The notes under the pieces are model-generated. The model worked only from the letters and a program-made list of their open reading frames with translations. It was not told where the DNA came from and did no database searches. A stretch of DNA of 64,000 bases from Candidatus Limnocylindria bacterium (lineage in GTDB: Bacteria; Chloroflexota; Limnocylindria; P2-11E): contig JBGPKU010000005.1 in the NCBI GenBank assembly GCA_041486085.1, forward strand, positions 16,402 through 80,401, read 5' to 3'. How positions within the stretch are numbered: the stretch's first letter is position 1; the number at the start of each line of letters is the position of its first letter. A program made the position numbers and the translations under genes. Shown one piece after another: positions 26,495-36,683 of this stretch.

Positions 26495-27751
26495 TCACGC
26501 CGAGACCAGGCGTCCTCGGGCGTACACGGCCGCGACCAGGGGCGCGCCGAGGCCGTAGGCCAGCTCGCGCTCGTCATCGGTGCGCAACATCACCAGGTCG
26601 GCGCGTCGCCCCTTTACCAGGGCACCGGTGCGCTCGCCACGGCCGAGCGCGTGCGCCGCGTTGATCGTCGCCGCAACGATCGCCTGGTGCGGCGTGAGAC
26701 CGCACAACGTCACGGCGAGCGCGATCGCCGTCGGCATGCCCACGAGCGGCGAAGTCCCGGGATTGTGATCGGTCGCGATCGCCACGGGCACGTCGGCGGC
26801 GAGGAAGCGGCGGGCGTCCGGGGGCGCGTAGCCGACGAAGAACGCGCTGCCCGGTAGGAGCACCGCCGGGATCGCCGCACGCGCGAGCGCGCGCAGGCCC
26901 TCGGCCGACGCGTTCGCGACATGGTCGGCCGAACGCGCCTTCATCCGCGCAGCGAATTCCGTCGCGCCGACGTCGTTGAGCTGGTCGGCATGCAGCGTGA
27001 GGGCGAGTCCCGCCTGCTTCGCCGCCTTCGCGATCGGGCGCACCTCCTCCGTGTCGAAGACGCCCCTCTCCACGAACGCGTCGACCGCTTCTGCCAGCCC
27101 CTCGGACGCGACGATCTGGACCGTTGCGGCGACCTCGCGCAGGAAGCTCCGTCGATCCTCGGCGTGCTGCGTCGGAAGGGCATGGAGGCCGAGGTACGTC
27201 GGCGCGACGTCGATGCGCGCCGGGCCCTTCGCGCGGGCGATGACGCGCAGCTGGCGCAGCTCCTCGGCCGGCTCGAGGCCGTACCCGCTCTTCACCTCGA
27301 TGGTCGTCGTCCCGAGCGCGGCGACCACAGCGAGGCGACGCACCATGAGCGCGAGCAGGTCCTCGTCGCTCGTCTCGCGCGTCGCCCGCACGGTGGAGTG
27401 GATGCCGCCACCCTGCCCCAGGACCGCGAGGTAGTCCGCTCCGCTCTTCCGCGCGACGAACTCATCCCACCGGTGCCCCGCGTAGCAGAGATGCGTATGC
27501 GGATCGACGAAGCCGGGCATGACGACGGCGCCGTCCGCATCCACGATCGTCGCCGTCGGGGTCAGGTCCAGCCGCTCCCACGCGTCGTCGCGACCGGTCG
27601 CGACGATGACGCCGTCGCGCGCGGCCACCCAGCCGCCGTCGATCGCGCCAACGTCGCCGGCCGACACGCCGACGCGAGGGCGTTCATCGCGGAGCGGCGC
27701 GAGCGTAAGCAGGCGCGCACCGCGGACGACGAGATCGGCTTCGGTGGTCAT
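26495..27751 (-). CDS. hutI: Imidazolonepropionase
   Basis: Motifs PGFVDPHTH, GGGIHSTV, EVKSGYGL, LHADQL and ATDHNPGTS are present. Confidence 0.95.
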   Translation of the reverse strand: MTTEADLVVRGARLLTLAPLRDERPRVGVSAGDVGAIDGGWVAARDGVIVATGRDDAWERLDLTPTATIVDADGAVVMPGFVDPHTHLCYAGHRWDEFVARKSGADYLAVLGQGGGIHSTVRATRETSDEDLLALMVRRLAVVAALGTTTIEVKSGYGLEPAEELRQLRVIARAKGPARIDVAPTYLGLHALPTQHAEDRRSFLREVAATVQIVASEGLAEAVDAFVERGVFDTEEVRPIAKAAKQAGLALTLHADQLNDVGATEFAARMKARSADHVANASAEGLRALARAAIPAVLLPGSAFFVGYAPPDARRFLAADVPVAIATDHNPGTSPLVGMPTAIALAVTLCGLTPHQAIVAATINAAHALGRGERTGALVKGRRADLVMLRTDDERELAYGLGAPLVAAVYARGRLVSA

Positions 27752-27793
27752 GATCCCAGCGTCGCGCAGCACGCCGGTGTGACGCACATGTCT

Positions 27794-28689
27794 TTACTCG
27801 AGGAAGCGCGCTTCGATCACGCGCGACCGGTCGAAGCCATCGAGCTTCAGCGCGTCCGCGGTGACCTGGAGCGCAGCGTCGAGCGGGATGAGCCCGATGA
27901 GCTCGCCCCGCAGCACGCGCGCGCCGGCCGCCGTCGCGCGCGACTCGACCTCGCGCCACACCGTCGCGAGTGAGGTGAGATGGAAGTCCAGGACATTCAT
28001 CGATACCTGAACGCGTGGCGGTCCCGAGAGCTCGAATCCCAGCGCCTGGACCGCGGGAAGCCCGCCGGACGACTCGCGGATCTCCTTCGCGATGCGTTTC
28101 GCGAGCTTCAGGTCCGTCGTGTCGAGCTCGATGTTGAACGCGATGAGGAACGGTCGGGCACCGACGACGATCGCGCCGGCCTTCTCGTGGAAGACGGCGG
28201 GGCCCGCGTCGGGAACGTGTGTCGTGCCGATCGCCGCGGCCAGTCCCTCGTACTGCGTCTTGTTGCGGATGTCGCCGAGCTTCACGCGATCCGGCCGCGA
28301 CGCGGCGTTCGCGTAGAAGTACACCGGCACTCGGTGTTTCGCCGCGACCTCTTCGCCGAACCGGCGCGCCAGCGCGACCGCCTCGTCCAGCTCGAGGCCG
28401 CTGATCGGCACGAACGGCACGAGGTCGACCGCGCCCCGCGCGGGTGCTCACCGTGATGTATCCGCATGTCGATGAGGCGCAGCGCGACGTCCACCAGCGC
28501 GTGGGCCGCGGCGACGACCGCGGCGGGCTCGCCCGCGAACGTGAAGACCGAGCGGTTGTGATCGGCGTCACTGGTCTGATCGAGGAGTCGCACGCCCGCG
28601 ACGCTCGTGATCGCAGCCGAGACCTGCGAGATCACCTCCGCGCGACGACCCTCGCTGATGTTCGGCACGCATTCGACGAGCGCAGGCAC
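27794..28689 (-). pseudogene. ftcd: Glutamate formimidoyltransferase (FTCD N-terminal type) split by a 1-nt frameshift (real or an assembly error)
   Basis: LVECVPNISEGR...DADHNRSV...GEHPR changes frame near 28435 and continues as GAVDLVPFVP...VGARPFLIAFN...QVSMN...ELIGLIP. Confidence 0.85.
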
Positions 28690-28769
28690 GTCGCAGAGGG
28701 TAGCCGCATCCCCACTTCGGGGGGCATTCGGCCGACCTGGCGCTCCCTACTATCCGCAGCACGCAAGGC

Positions 28770-29755
28770 ATGAGTTTCGCGCTGCTGCAGTTCAACCCCT
28801 CGTCGGTCGTGCTGATGGACAACGAGGGGCGCATCCGTTCGCTCAACCGCAACGCCGAGCGCCTTCTCTCGACCAGCGAATCCGATGCGATCGGCAAGGT
28901 CTACACCGACGTGTTCGGGCCGTCACTGTCGTCGCGCGTGTTCGCGCTGATGCTGAAGGGGACGGCGGGCGACGTGCGAACGATCGAAGCGACGCTGCCC
29001 GACGGGCGTCGCGCGACGCTTCGTGCCACCGCCGGTCCGCTGCGCGATGCGCGCGGGGCGGTGGACGGCATCGTCTTCGTCGCCGACGAGGACACGTCTT
29101 CGCCGAAGCTGGAGCGCCTCGCGGAGCAGCAGGTGCGTTATCGCGACGCGCTGCGGCGCTACCTCGGCGACAACGTCGCGGAGATGGTCGACGCGCGCCC
29201 ATCGTTCGTCGACGTTGGCGGCGTAACCCAGACGGTGAGCGTGCTCCACGCCGACGTGCGTGGCTACACGACCATGGCCGAGCAGCTGGCACCCGACAAG
29301 GTCGTGGCGCTGCTCCTGCGCTATCACGGCGCGGCCGCGAAGGCGATCCGCGCCTCCGGCGGCACGATCGACCGCTTCGCCGGCGACGCGATCCTGGCGC
29401 TCTGGAACGCGCCGACGCCGCAGAAGGACCACGTGCGGCGGGCGCTCACAGGCGCCCTGGCGATGCGCGATGCCGCTGCCCTGGCCGGCGCGGACCTCGG
29501 CTACGGCATCGGGGTCCACACCGGCGAGGCCATGGTGGGCAATCTGGGATCGGATCAATACCAAAACTTCACGGCAATTGGCGACACGGTGAACGTCGCG
29601 GCGCGTTTACAAGGGCAGGCAAAGGTCGGTGAAGTGATCTGTTCCGCTGCGGTCCTCTCGGCTGCCGGCGACGGCATCCGCGCCGTATCGCTGGGCGCCC
29701 TCGAGCTCAGGGGCCGCCGGGCGCCGGTCGAGGCCTACCGGGTGGAGGAGCTGAG

Positions 29756-29759
<4 letters not shown>
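28770..29759 (+). CDS. PAS domain + class III adenylate/guanylate cyclase
   Basis: An N-terminal PAS-like region (VVLMDNEGRIRSLNRNAERLL) precedes the motifs LHADVRGYT, IDRFAGDAILALW, GIGVHTG and FTAIGDTVNVAARLQ. Confidence 0.92.
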
Positions 29760-31456
<1,697 letters not shown>

Positions 31457-31475
31457 GAAAGACGACTCAAGGGGT

Positions 31476-31510
31476 CGAGCGAGGAGCGGCTTTGCCGCGA
31501 CGAGCGAGTC
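31476..31510. repeat. 35-bp REP-like repeat, copy 1
   Basis: The sequence CGAGCGAGGAGCGGCTTTGCCGCGACGAGCGAGTC contains a GCGGC-TTT-GCCGC hairpin. Confidence 0.7.
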
Positions 31511-31526
31511 CTCCTAGCGAGCGGTG

Positions 31527-31970
31527 CTAGTGCCGGACGGCTTGGTGCGGGAGAGAGCCCTCAGCCGAGCGGATGCGCCGGGTGAGGATCGGGAGCAACG
31601 CGAGCGCGAGCTGCGGATGGCTCTCGAGGATCCCTCTGAAGTGCCAGCGCTGGATGCCGAGCGCGGTCGTCGGCTCGGACGCACGAACGCTGGCCGAGCG
31701 CGGGAATTCATCGAGGAGCGCCATCTCGCCGACGACGTCACCCGGACCGAGGGTCGCGAGCTTCGTCTCCTTGCCGTCGCGGTCCTGAATGACGTCGACC
31801 TTGCCCGAGCGGATGATGAAGGCACCGACTCCGGTGTCGCCCTGCCGCATGATGAACTGGCCGGGCGCGTAGCTCTGCTCGACCGCGGCGTTCGCGATCG
31901 CGTCGAGCGACTTCTGATCGAGGTCCTCGAACCACGACACGCGCTTCAGGAATTCCGCGTTCCCAGCCAC
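31527..31970 (-). CDS. Stand-alone cyclic-nucleotide-binding domain protein
   Basis: Motifs IMRQGDTG..AFIIRSGKV and LGPGDVVGEMALLDEFPRSASV are present, with no HTH. GTG 31970 follows a TACCAT -10 hexamer; ATG 31979 is an alternative start. Confidence 0.9.
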   Translation of the reverse strand: MAGNAEFLKRVSWFEDLDQKSLDAIANAAVEQSYAPGQFIMRQGDTGVGAFIIRSGKVDVIQDRDGKETKLATLGPGDVVGEMALLDEFPRSASVRASEPTTALGIQRWHFRGILESHPQLALALLPILTRRIRSAEGSLPHQAVRH

Positions 31971-32048
31971 GCGCGGCATGGTATCGCTTCGCTCACGGCC
32001 CCGTCGCCCCACGCCTGATACTTCGGCAGAAGATTGAACATGTTGACC

Positions 32049-32083
32049 CGAGCGACGAGCGGCTGTGCCGCGAGGAGCGAGTC
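32049..32083. repeat. 35-bp REP-like repeat, copy 2
   Basis: The sequence is CGAGCGACGAGCGGCTGTGCCGCGAGGAGCGAGTC. Confidence 0.7.
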
Positions 32084-32122
32084 ACCCAGCCCTGAGCGCT
32101 TCTCCTCGCCGCAGGCGAGAGA

Positions 32123-32980
32123 TTGAGCAAGGCTACCTTTCGCATCGAGGTGGCGCGGGATATCACCGGGTGTGTCGCCACCGTCCCGCTGCAAGAAGAG
32201 GTCTGGAGCGGCGACGTGATCGTGCCGCCACAGCTCATGCTGGCCGCGGCGCACAACGGCGGCTTCGTCGCGCTGGGCTACGCCGACGGCGATCCGGTGC
32301 CCGCGGGGTTCGTGTTCGGGTTCCTGGGCATCCACGACTACCACTTCCGCCATCACTCGCACATGCTTGCGGTGCGCGAGCGGTACCGCGGCTCCACGCT
32401 CGCGCGCGAGCTCAAGGAGGCCCAGCGCGATCACTGCCTCGATCAGGGCATCGAGATCATCGGCTGGACGATGGATCCGCTCGAGGCTCGCAACGCGTCA
32501 TTCAACTTCGCGAAGCTCGGCGCGTACACGCGCGAGTACCACCGCGACTTCTACGGCGCGATGCCCGACAAGCTGAACGCGGGCCTCCCGTCGGATCGCA
32601 TCTACGTCGAGTGGCCCATCGGCCATGACCGCACGTACAAGCGCCTGCGCGGCGAGGACAAGGCGCCGGCCCTCGAAGACGCCGAGAAGGAGGACATCCA
32701 CTACGTCCTGGCCGCCGACGGCGAGCGTCCGGGCGCGGTCGCACCGGCGACCGACGAGTCGCATCTCCTCGTGGCAATCCCGTCGCGATTCCAGGAGCTG
32801 AAGTCACGCGACAAGGATCTGGCGCTCGCGTGGCGGATGGCCGCGCGCGAGGCGTTCGAGAGCACCTTCGCGAAGGGCTACGCCGCCGTGGAGTTCCTCC
32901 GCTCGGCCGACGGCCGTGGCGCCTACCTGCTCGTGCCCCAACCACGCCGCGACCAACCCATCGATACTGACGACGCATGA
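32123..32980 (+). CDS. GNAT family acyltransferase (putative D-amino acid N-succinyltransferase)
   Basis: Motifs HHSHMLAV, WTMDPLEARNASFNFAKLGA, DFYGAM and LPSDR are present. The gene sits directly upstream of NSAR/OSBS. Confidence 0.8.
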   Translation: MSKATFRIEVARDITGCVATVPLQEEVWSGDVIVPPQLMLAAAHNGGFVALGYADGDPVPAGFVFGFLGIHDYHFRHHSHMLAVRERYRGSTLARELKEAQRDHCLDQGIEIIGWTMDPLEARNASFNFAKLGAYTREYHRDFYGAMPDKLNAGLPSDRIYVEWPIGHDRTYKRLRGEDKAPALEDAEKEDIHYVLAADGERPGAVAPATDESHLLVAIPSRFQELKSRDKDLALAWRMAAREAFESTFAKGYAAVEFLRSADGRGAYLLVPQPRRDQPIDTDDA

Positions 32981-33008
32981 CATCGAGGACGGAAGGCCCG
33001 CGGCGGCC

Positions 33009-34118
33009 ATGAAGCTTGAACGCGTTGAATTGTTCGTGGTTCGCCTGCCGCTCAAGGCCGCGTACGAGACGAGCGGCTCGCGCGAGACGCATCAGACACG
33101 CGTCATCGCGCGCATCGAGTCTCAGGGGATCGTCGGATGGGGCGAGAGCGTGGCACCGGAGACGCCGTGGTACTCGGGCGAGACGCCGGAGACGGTGTGG
33201 TGGCTCCTGGACGAGATCGCCATCCCACGACTGCTGACCACCGAGCTCGGCGCTCCGGAGAACGCGAGCGCGGCGCTCGGCTGGATCAAGGATCACCGCA
33301 TGGCGAAGGCCACGCTCGAGATGGCGATCTGGGATCTCTTCGCGAAAGCCGCGAAGGTGCCGCTCTCGGCGCTCCTCGGCGGCACCCGCGATCGCATCCT
33401 CTGTGGAGTGGCGATCGGAATCCAACCGTCGGTCGATGCATTGCTTGACAAGATCGCGATGGAGCTCGAGGGCGGCTATCAGCGGGTGAAGGTGAAGATC
33501 AAGCCGGGGTGGGACGGCCACGTCGCCGAGGCGATCCGTAATCGCTTTCCCGACCTGCCCTTCCAGCTCGACGCGAACTCCGCCTACACGCTCGCCGATG
33601 TTCATCTCTTCAAACGGATGGACGCCTACACGCCGCTCCTCGTCGAGCAGCCCCTGGCGGCGGACGACATCATCGACCACGCGACCCTGCAGAAGCAGAT
33701 CCTGACGCCGGTCTGTCTCGACGAGTCGATCCATTCGGCGGAGGACGCGCGAAAGGCGATCGAGATCGGCGCGACACGCGTGATCAACATCAAGGCGGGA
33801 CGCGTGGGCGGGTTGCTCGAGTCGAAGAAGATCCACGACGTGTGCCAGGAGCGGGACATACCGGTGTGGTGCGGCGGCATGCTCGAAATGGGCATCGGTC
33901 GCGCGGCGAACGTGCACCTGGCGTCTCTCCCGAACTTCCGCCTCCCGGGAGACGTGAGCGCATCGGCCCGCTACTTCGAGACCGAGATCATCGCCGAGCC
34001 GTTCACCGTCGACAAGGACGGCACGATGAAAGTGCCGACCGGCCCGGGGCTCGGAGTGACTGTCCTCGAGAAAGTGATCCGCGAGATCGCGCTCAAAACC
34101 AAGGAGTACCGCCCGTAG
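33009..34118 (+). CDS. menC: o-succinylbenzoate synthase / N-succinylamino acid racemase (enolase superfamily)
   Basis: Motifs RVKVKIKPGWD, LDANSAY, VEQPL, CLDESI, INIKAGRVGG, WCGGMLE and PGDVSAS are present. Confidence 0.92.
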   Translation: MKLERVELFVVRLPLKAAYETSGSRETHQTRVIARIESQGIVGWGESVAPETPWYSGETPETVWWLLDEIAIPRLLTTELGAPENASAALGWIKDHRMAKATLEMAIWDLFAKAAKVPLSALLGGTRDRILCGVAIGIQPSVDALLDKIAMELEGGYQRVKVKIKPGWDGHVAEAIRNRFPDLPFQLDANSAYTLADVHLFKRMDAYTPLLVEQPLAADDIIDHATLQKQILTPVCLDESIHSAEDARKAIEIGATRVINIKAGRVGGLLESKKIHDVCQERDIPVWCGGMLEMGIGRAANVHLASLPNFRLPGDVSASARYFETEIIAEPFTVDKDGTMKVPTGPGLGVTVLEKVIREIALKTKEYRP

Positions 34119-34282
34119 CGCAACGCGACGCCGGAGGCGAAGCGTCGGGCACTCCTCGAGTGAGCTCTCGAGCCCAGCCCGTCCGTCCAGTCGCGTGCGG
34201 TTGTCAGCGGACGGGCGTAGCAAGAAAACGAACGAGAGGAGTGCCCGGCGCTGAGCGACGTGGCGTCGCGTCGCGCTACGGG
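34112..34282. repeat. ~170-bp palindromic (MITE-like) element, copy 1
   Basis: It has terminal IRs CCCGTAGCGC..CGCGACGCC / GGCGTCGCG..GCGCTACGGG and nested IRs CGGGCACTC/GAGTGCCCG and GCCCGTCCG/CGGACGGGC. Confidence 0.8.
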
Positions 34283-34560
34283 AAGATCAGACCTTCTCTG
34301 GCATCGAACGACGTTCCCTCGGCCCAAATGACTTCCCACACACATTTCCTTCTGGATCCATCTACTCGAATCCGCGGCCGCCGATGGAGATCCGTCGGCG
34401 GGCAATCGACGTGGACTCAGCGATCGCCATCAGCGTGTCGTAGGTCCGGGCGACTTCGGCGGCATCGCGGTTGATCGAGAGCACGAGGCCGCGGAACGCG
34501 CCTCGTGTGGGGATCGCGCCGCGTGTTGGCTCGTGGTCCTCGACGGCGAAGAGGCCGAGC
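34276..34560 (-). pseudogene. Degraded VOC/glyoxalase family gene remnant
   Basis: It reads LGLFAVED...GLVLSINR...GGRGFE*MDPEGNV, then shifts frame to WEVIWAEGTSFDAREGLIFP*. The 5' end is replaced by repeat copy 2. Confidence 0.55.
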
Positions 34561-34720
34561 ACCGCGACGCCAGAAGCGGAGCGCCGGGCGCTCGTCGAGT
34601 GAGCTCTTGAGCCCAGCCCGTCCGTCCAGTCGCGTGTGGTCGTCAGCGGACGGGCGCAGCGAGAAAGCGAACGAGAGGAGTGCCCGGCGCGGAGCTGCTG
34701 GCGTCGCGGTCCGCTACGGG
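34561..34720. repeat. Palindromic (MITE-like) element, copy 2, left end truncated
   Basis: It is a diverged direct repeat of 34112-34282. It shares GAGCCCAGCCCGTCCGTCCAGTCGCGTG and CGAACGAGAGGAGTGCCCGGCGC, and ends in CGCTACGGG. Confidence 0.8.
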
Positions 34721-34726
34721 CGCGCC

Positions 34727-35203
34727 TCAGGCCTTCGCGGGGGCCTGCGTCGGCGCGGCCTCGGGCGGCCACACGACGATCTCGTCGATGACCGTCCCGA
34801 ACGCGTCCACCAGCCGCGCGTAGTCGCCGCGGGTCCACAGGAGGCGCGAGGCGGCGATCGGTCCGGCGGCGTAGACGTGCTTTCGGCCAGGTGCCAGATC
34901 GTCGGGCAGCGGATGCGTCGCCGCGCGCACGCGGGAGCCAGAGTGGATCCGGTAGATCTCGCCTTCGCGGACGAACGCCGGAGAGCCCCACGTGTAGACC
35001 CACTCCCACTCGACGGGTCTCGCAAGCTCCTCGCGCCAAAGAGCCCGCAGGTGCTGCACGCGCCAGTTCGCGAGATCCGAATCCAGCATGACCACGATCT
35101 CGATCCACTCGGCGTTCGCACCCTCGAGCGGCGTACCGTCCGTGGCCGGTCGGATCGTCAGGATGCGCGCCTTCGTCGCCTCGACGGGACGGAAATCGGC
35201 CAT
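34727..35203 (-). CDS. Lamin-tail-domain-like hypothetical protein
   Basis: The pattern NAEWIEI...DLANW, RIHSG and W..GDYARLVDAFGTVID resembles an LTD. A TATTCT -10 hexamer lies 7 nt before ATG 35203. Confidence 0.6.
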   Translation of the reverse strand: MADFRPVEATKARILTIRPATDGTPLEGANAEWIEIVVMLDSDLANWRVQHLRALWREELARPVEWEWVYTWGSPAFVREGEIYRIHSGSRVRAATHPLPDDLAPGRKHVYAAGPIAASRLLWTRGDYARLVDAFGTVIDEIVVWPPEAAPTQAPAKA

Positions 35204-35240
35204 CGGCGCGAGAATACCTGACCGTGGACGGAGGGACTTC

Positions 35241-35930
35241 ATGACGCAGCACACGCGCGCGCTCCTTGCGGAGGCTTGCGGGACGTTCTGGTTCTTCTTC
35301 ATCGGCGCCGGGGCGATCATCACGGCGGCCATCAGCGACGGAACGCTGCTCAACATTGCGCTCGCTCACGGCATCGCGCTCGCGGTCGCGATCTCGGCTT
35401 TCGGCGGCCTCTCGGGCGGGCACTTCAATCCGGCGGTGACGTTCGGGCTCGCGATCGCAGGCAAGCACCCGTGGGCGCGCGTGCCGACATATTGGGCAGC
35501 TCAGCTCTTCGGCGGTGTGCTCGCCGGCTTCGCGCTCCGATATGTGTTCGACTACGCGATCGCCGCGATCGACAAGACCCATCTCGGCACGCCGGCGCTC
35601 ACGACGATCACCCCGGCGGTCGGCATCGTGGTGGAGGCGATCCTCACGCTGTTCCTGGTGTGGGCCGTGTACGGAACGGCGGTGTCACCGCTCGCACCGC
35701 GGATCGCCGGCTTCGGCATCGGCCTCACGGTGATGACCGACATCCTGCTCGGCGGCCCGCTCACCGGTGCGGCGATGAACCCTGCGCGGTGGTTCGCCAC
35801 GGCCGTCCCTGCGGGCTTCTACGAGAACTGGTACGTCTATTGGATCGGGCCGCTCCTCGGCGCGGCCATCGGCGGACTGTCGATCCGCTACATCTTCGGG
35901 ACGCCGCCGGATCCGGCCAGGCCCGGATAG
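35241..35930 (+). CDS. MIP family channel (aquaporin)
   Basis: Both NPA motifs are present (SGGHFNPAVT, GAAMNPARW), plus YWIGPLLG. A GGAGGG RBS precedes the start. Confidence 0.95.
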   Translation: MTQHTRALLAEACGTFWFFFIGAGAIITAAISDGTLLNIALAHGIALAVAISAFGGLSGGHFNPAVTFGLAIAGKHPWARVPTYWAAQLFGGVLAGFALRYVFDYAIAAIDKTHLGTPALTTITPAVGIVVEAILTLFLVWAVYGTAVSPLAPRIAGFGIGLTVMTDILLGGPLTGAAMNPARWFATAVPAGFYENWYVYWIGPLLGAAIGGLSIRYIFGTPPDPARPG

Positions 35931-35938
35931 TCGCCGCC

Positions 35939-36254
35939 TCAGCCCGTCTCCGTCGCGACCAGGGCGATCTCGACGCGGATGTCGTCATCGAACGAGAGGA
36001 CTGAGGCCACTCGCGGTACGGTCATGCCGAAGTCGGCGACTTCCACGCTCTTTGGTCGCGCCGTGCACGGTCATCTCTCCGGCGAGCGTGAACCTCATCT
36101 CACCGGAGAGCGGAAGCGGCAGCGAGAGGCCGGTGGTCCTCGTCGGCACGAACTCCGCGGCTGTCGCTGCGCTGGGCGTCGCCGCGCCGCGGCACGCGGC
36201 CACCGAGGCCGCCACCAGGCACGCGCTCGTCAGGCTACGGGCATGTCCCATCAC
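35939..36254 (-). pseudogene. Internally deleted YceI-like lipoprotein remnant
   Basis: The lipobox SVAAC is joined almost directly to AEFVPT...FTLAGEMTVHGATK. The frame then changes to DFGMTVPRVASVLSFDDDIRVEIALVA, which resembles a YceI C-terminus. Confidence 0.55.
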
Positions 36255-36630
36255 AGACCTGGATGACTCCCGTCATCTGCGGATGGACTCCGCAGTGGTA
36301 CGCGAACATCCCCACCTTGTCGAACGTGAAGCTCACCGTCCTGTCGGCGTCGATGCTGATGTCGAAGAGCCGGGCGGGATCGTCCGACGTGACGGTGTGG
36401 AACTCCTTGCCGCGATTCACGATGCTGACGGCGGTCCCCTTCGCGACTTTCAGCACGGCCGGCGCGTAGGTCCACTTGTCCTGCTGGCCGGTCGGCTCGA
36501 TGACCTGGAGCTCGTTCGGCTTGAAGGTGCGCGCCGGCTCGCCAGTGGAGGCCGCGCATGTGGTGAGCGCCCCAGTAAGAACGAGGAGCGCTGCGCAGAG
36601 GGTCACTCGACCGGACCAGCGCACGCTCAC
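36235..36630 (-). CDS. Exported cupredoxin (plastocyanin/amicyanin-like blue copper protein)
   Basis: It has a signal/lipoprotein-like N-terminus and the type-1 Cu ligands FHTVT and YHCGVHPQMTG. Confidence 0.9.
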   Translation of the reverse strand: MSVRWSGRVTLCAALLVLTGALTTCAASTGEPARTFKPNELQVIEPTGQQDKWTYAPAVLKVAKGTAVSIVNRGKEFHTVTSDDPARLFDISIDADRTVSFTFDKVGMFAYHCGVHPQMTGVIQVCDGTCP

Positions 36631-36683
36631 ATCTCCCCTACGCGGCCGGGGCCTCCGCGGATGTCCCGGCCGCCCGTGATGCG

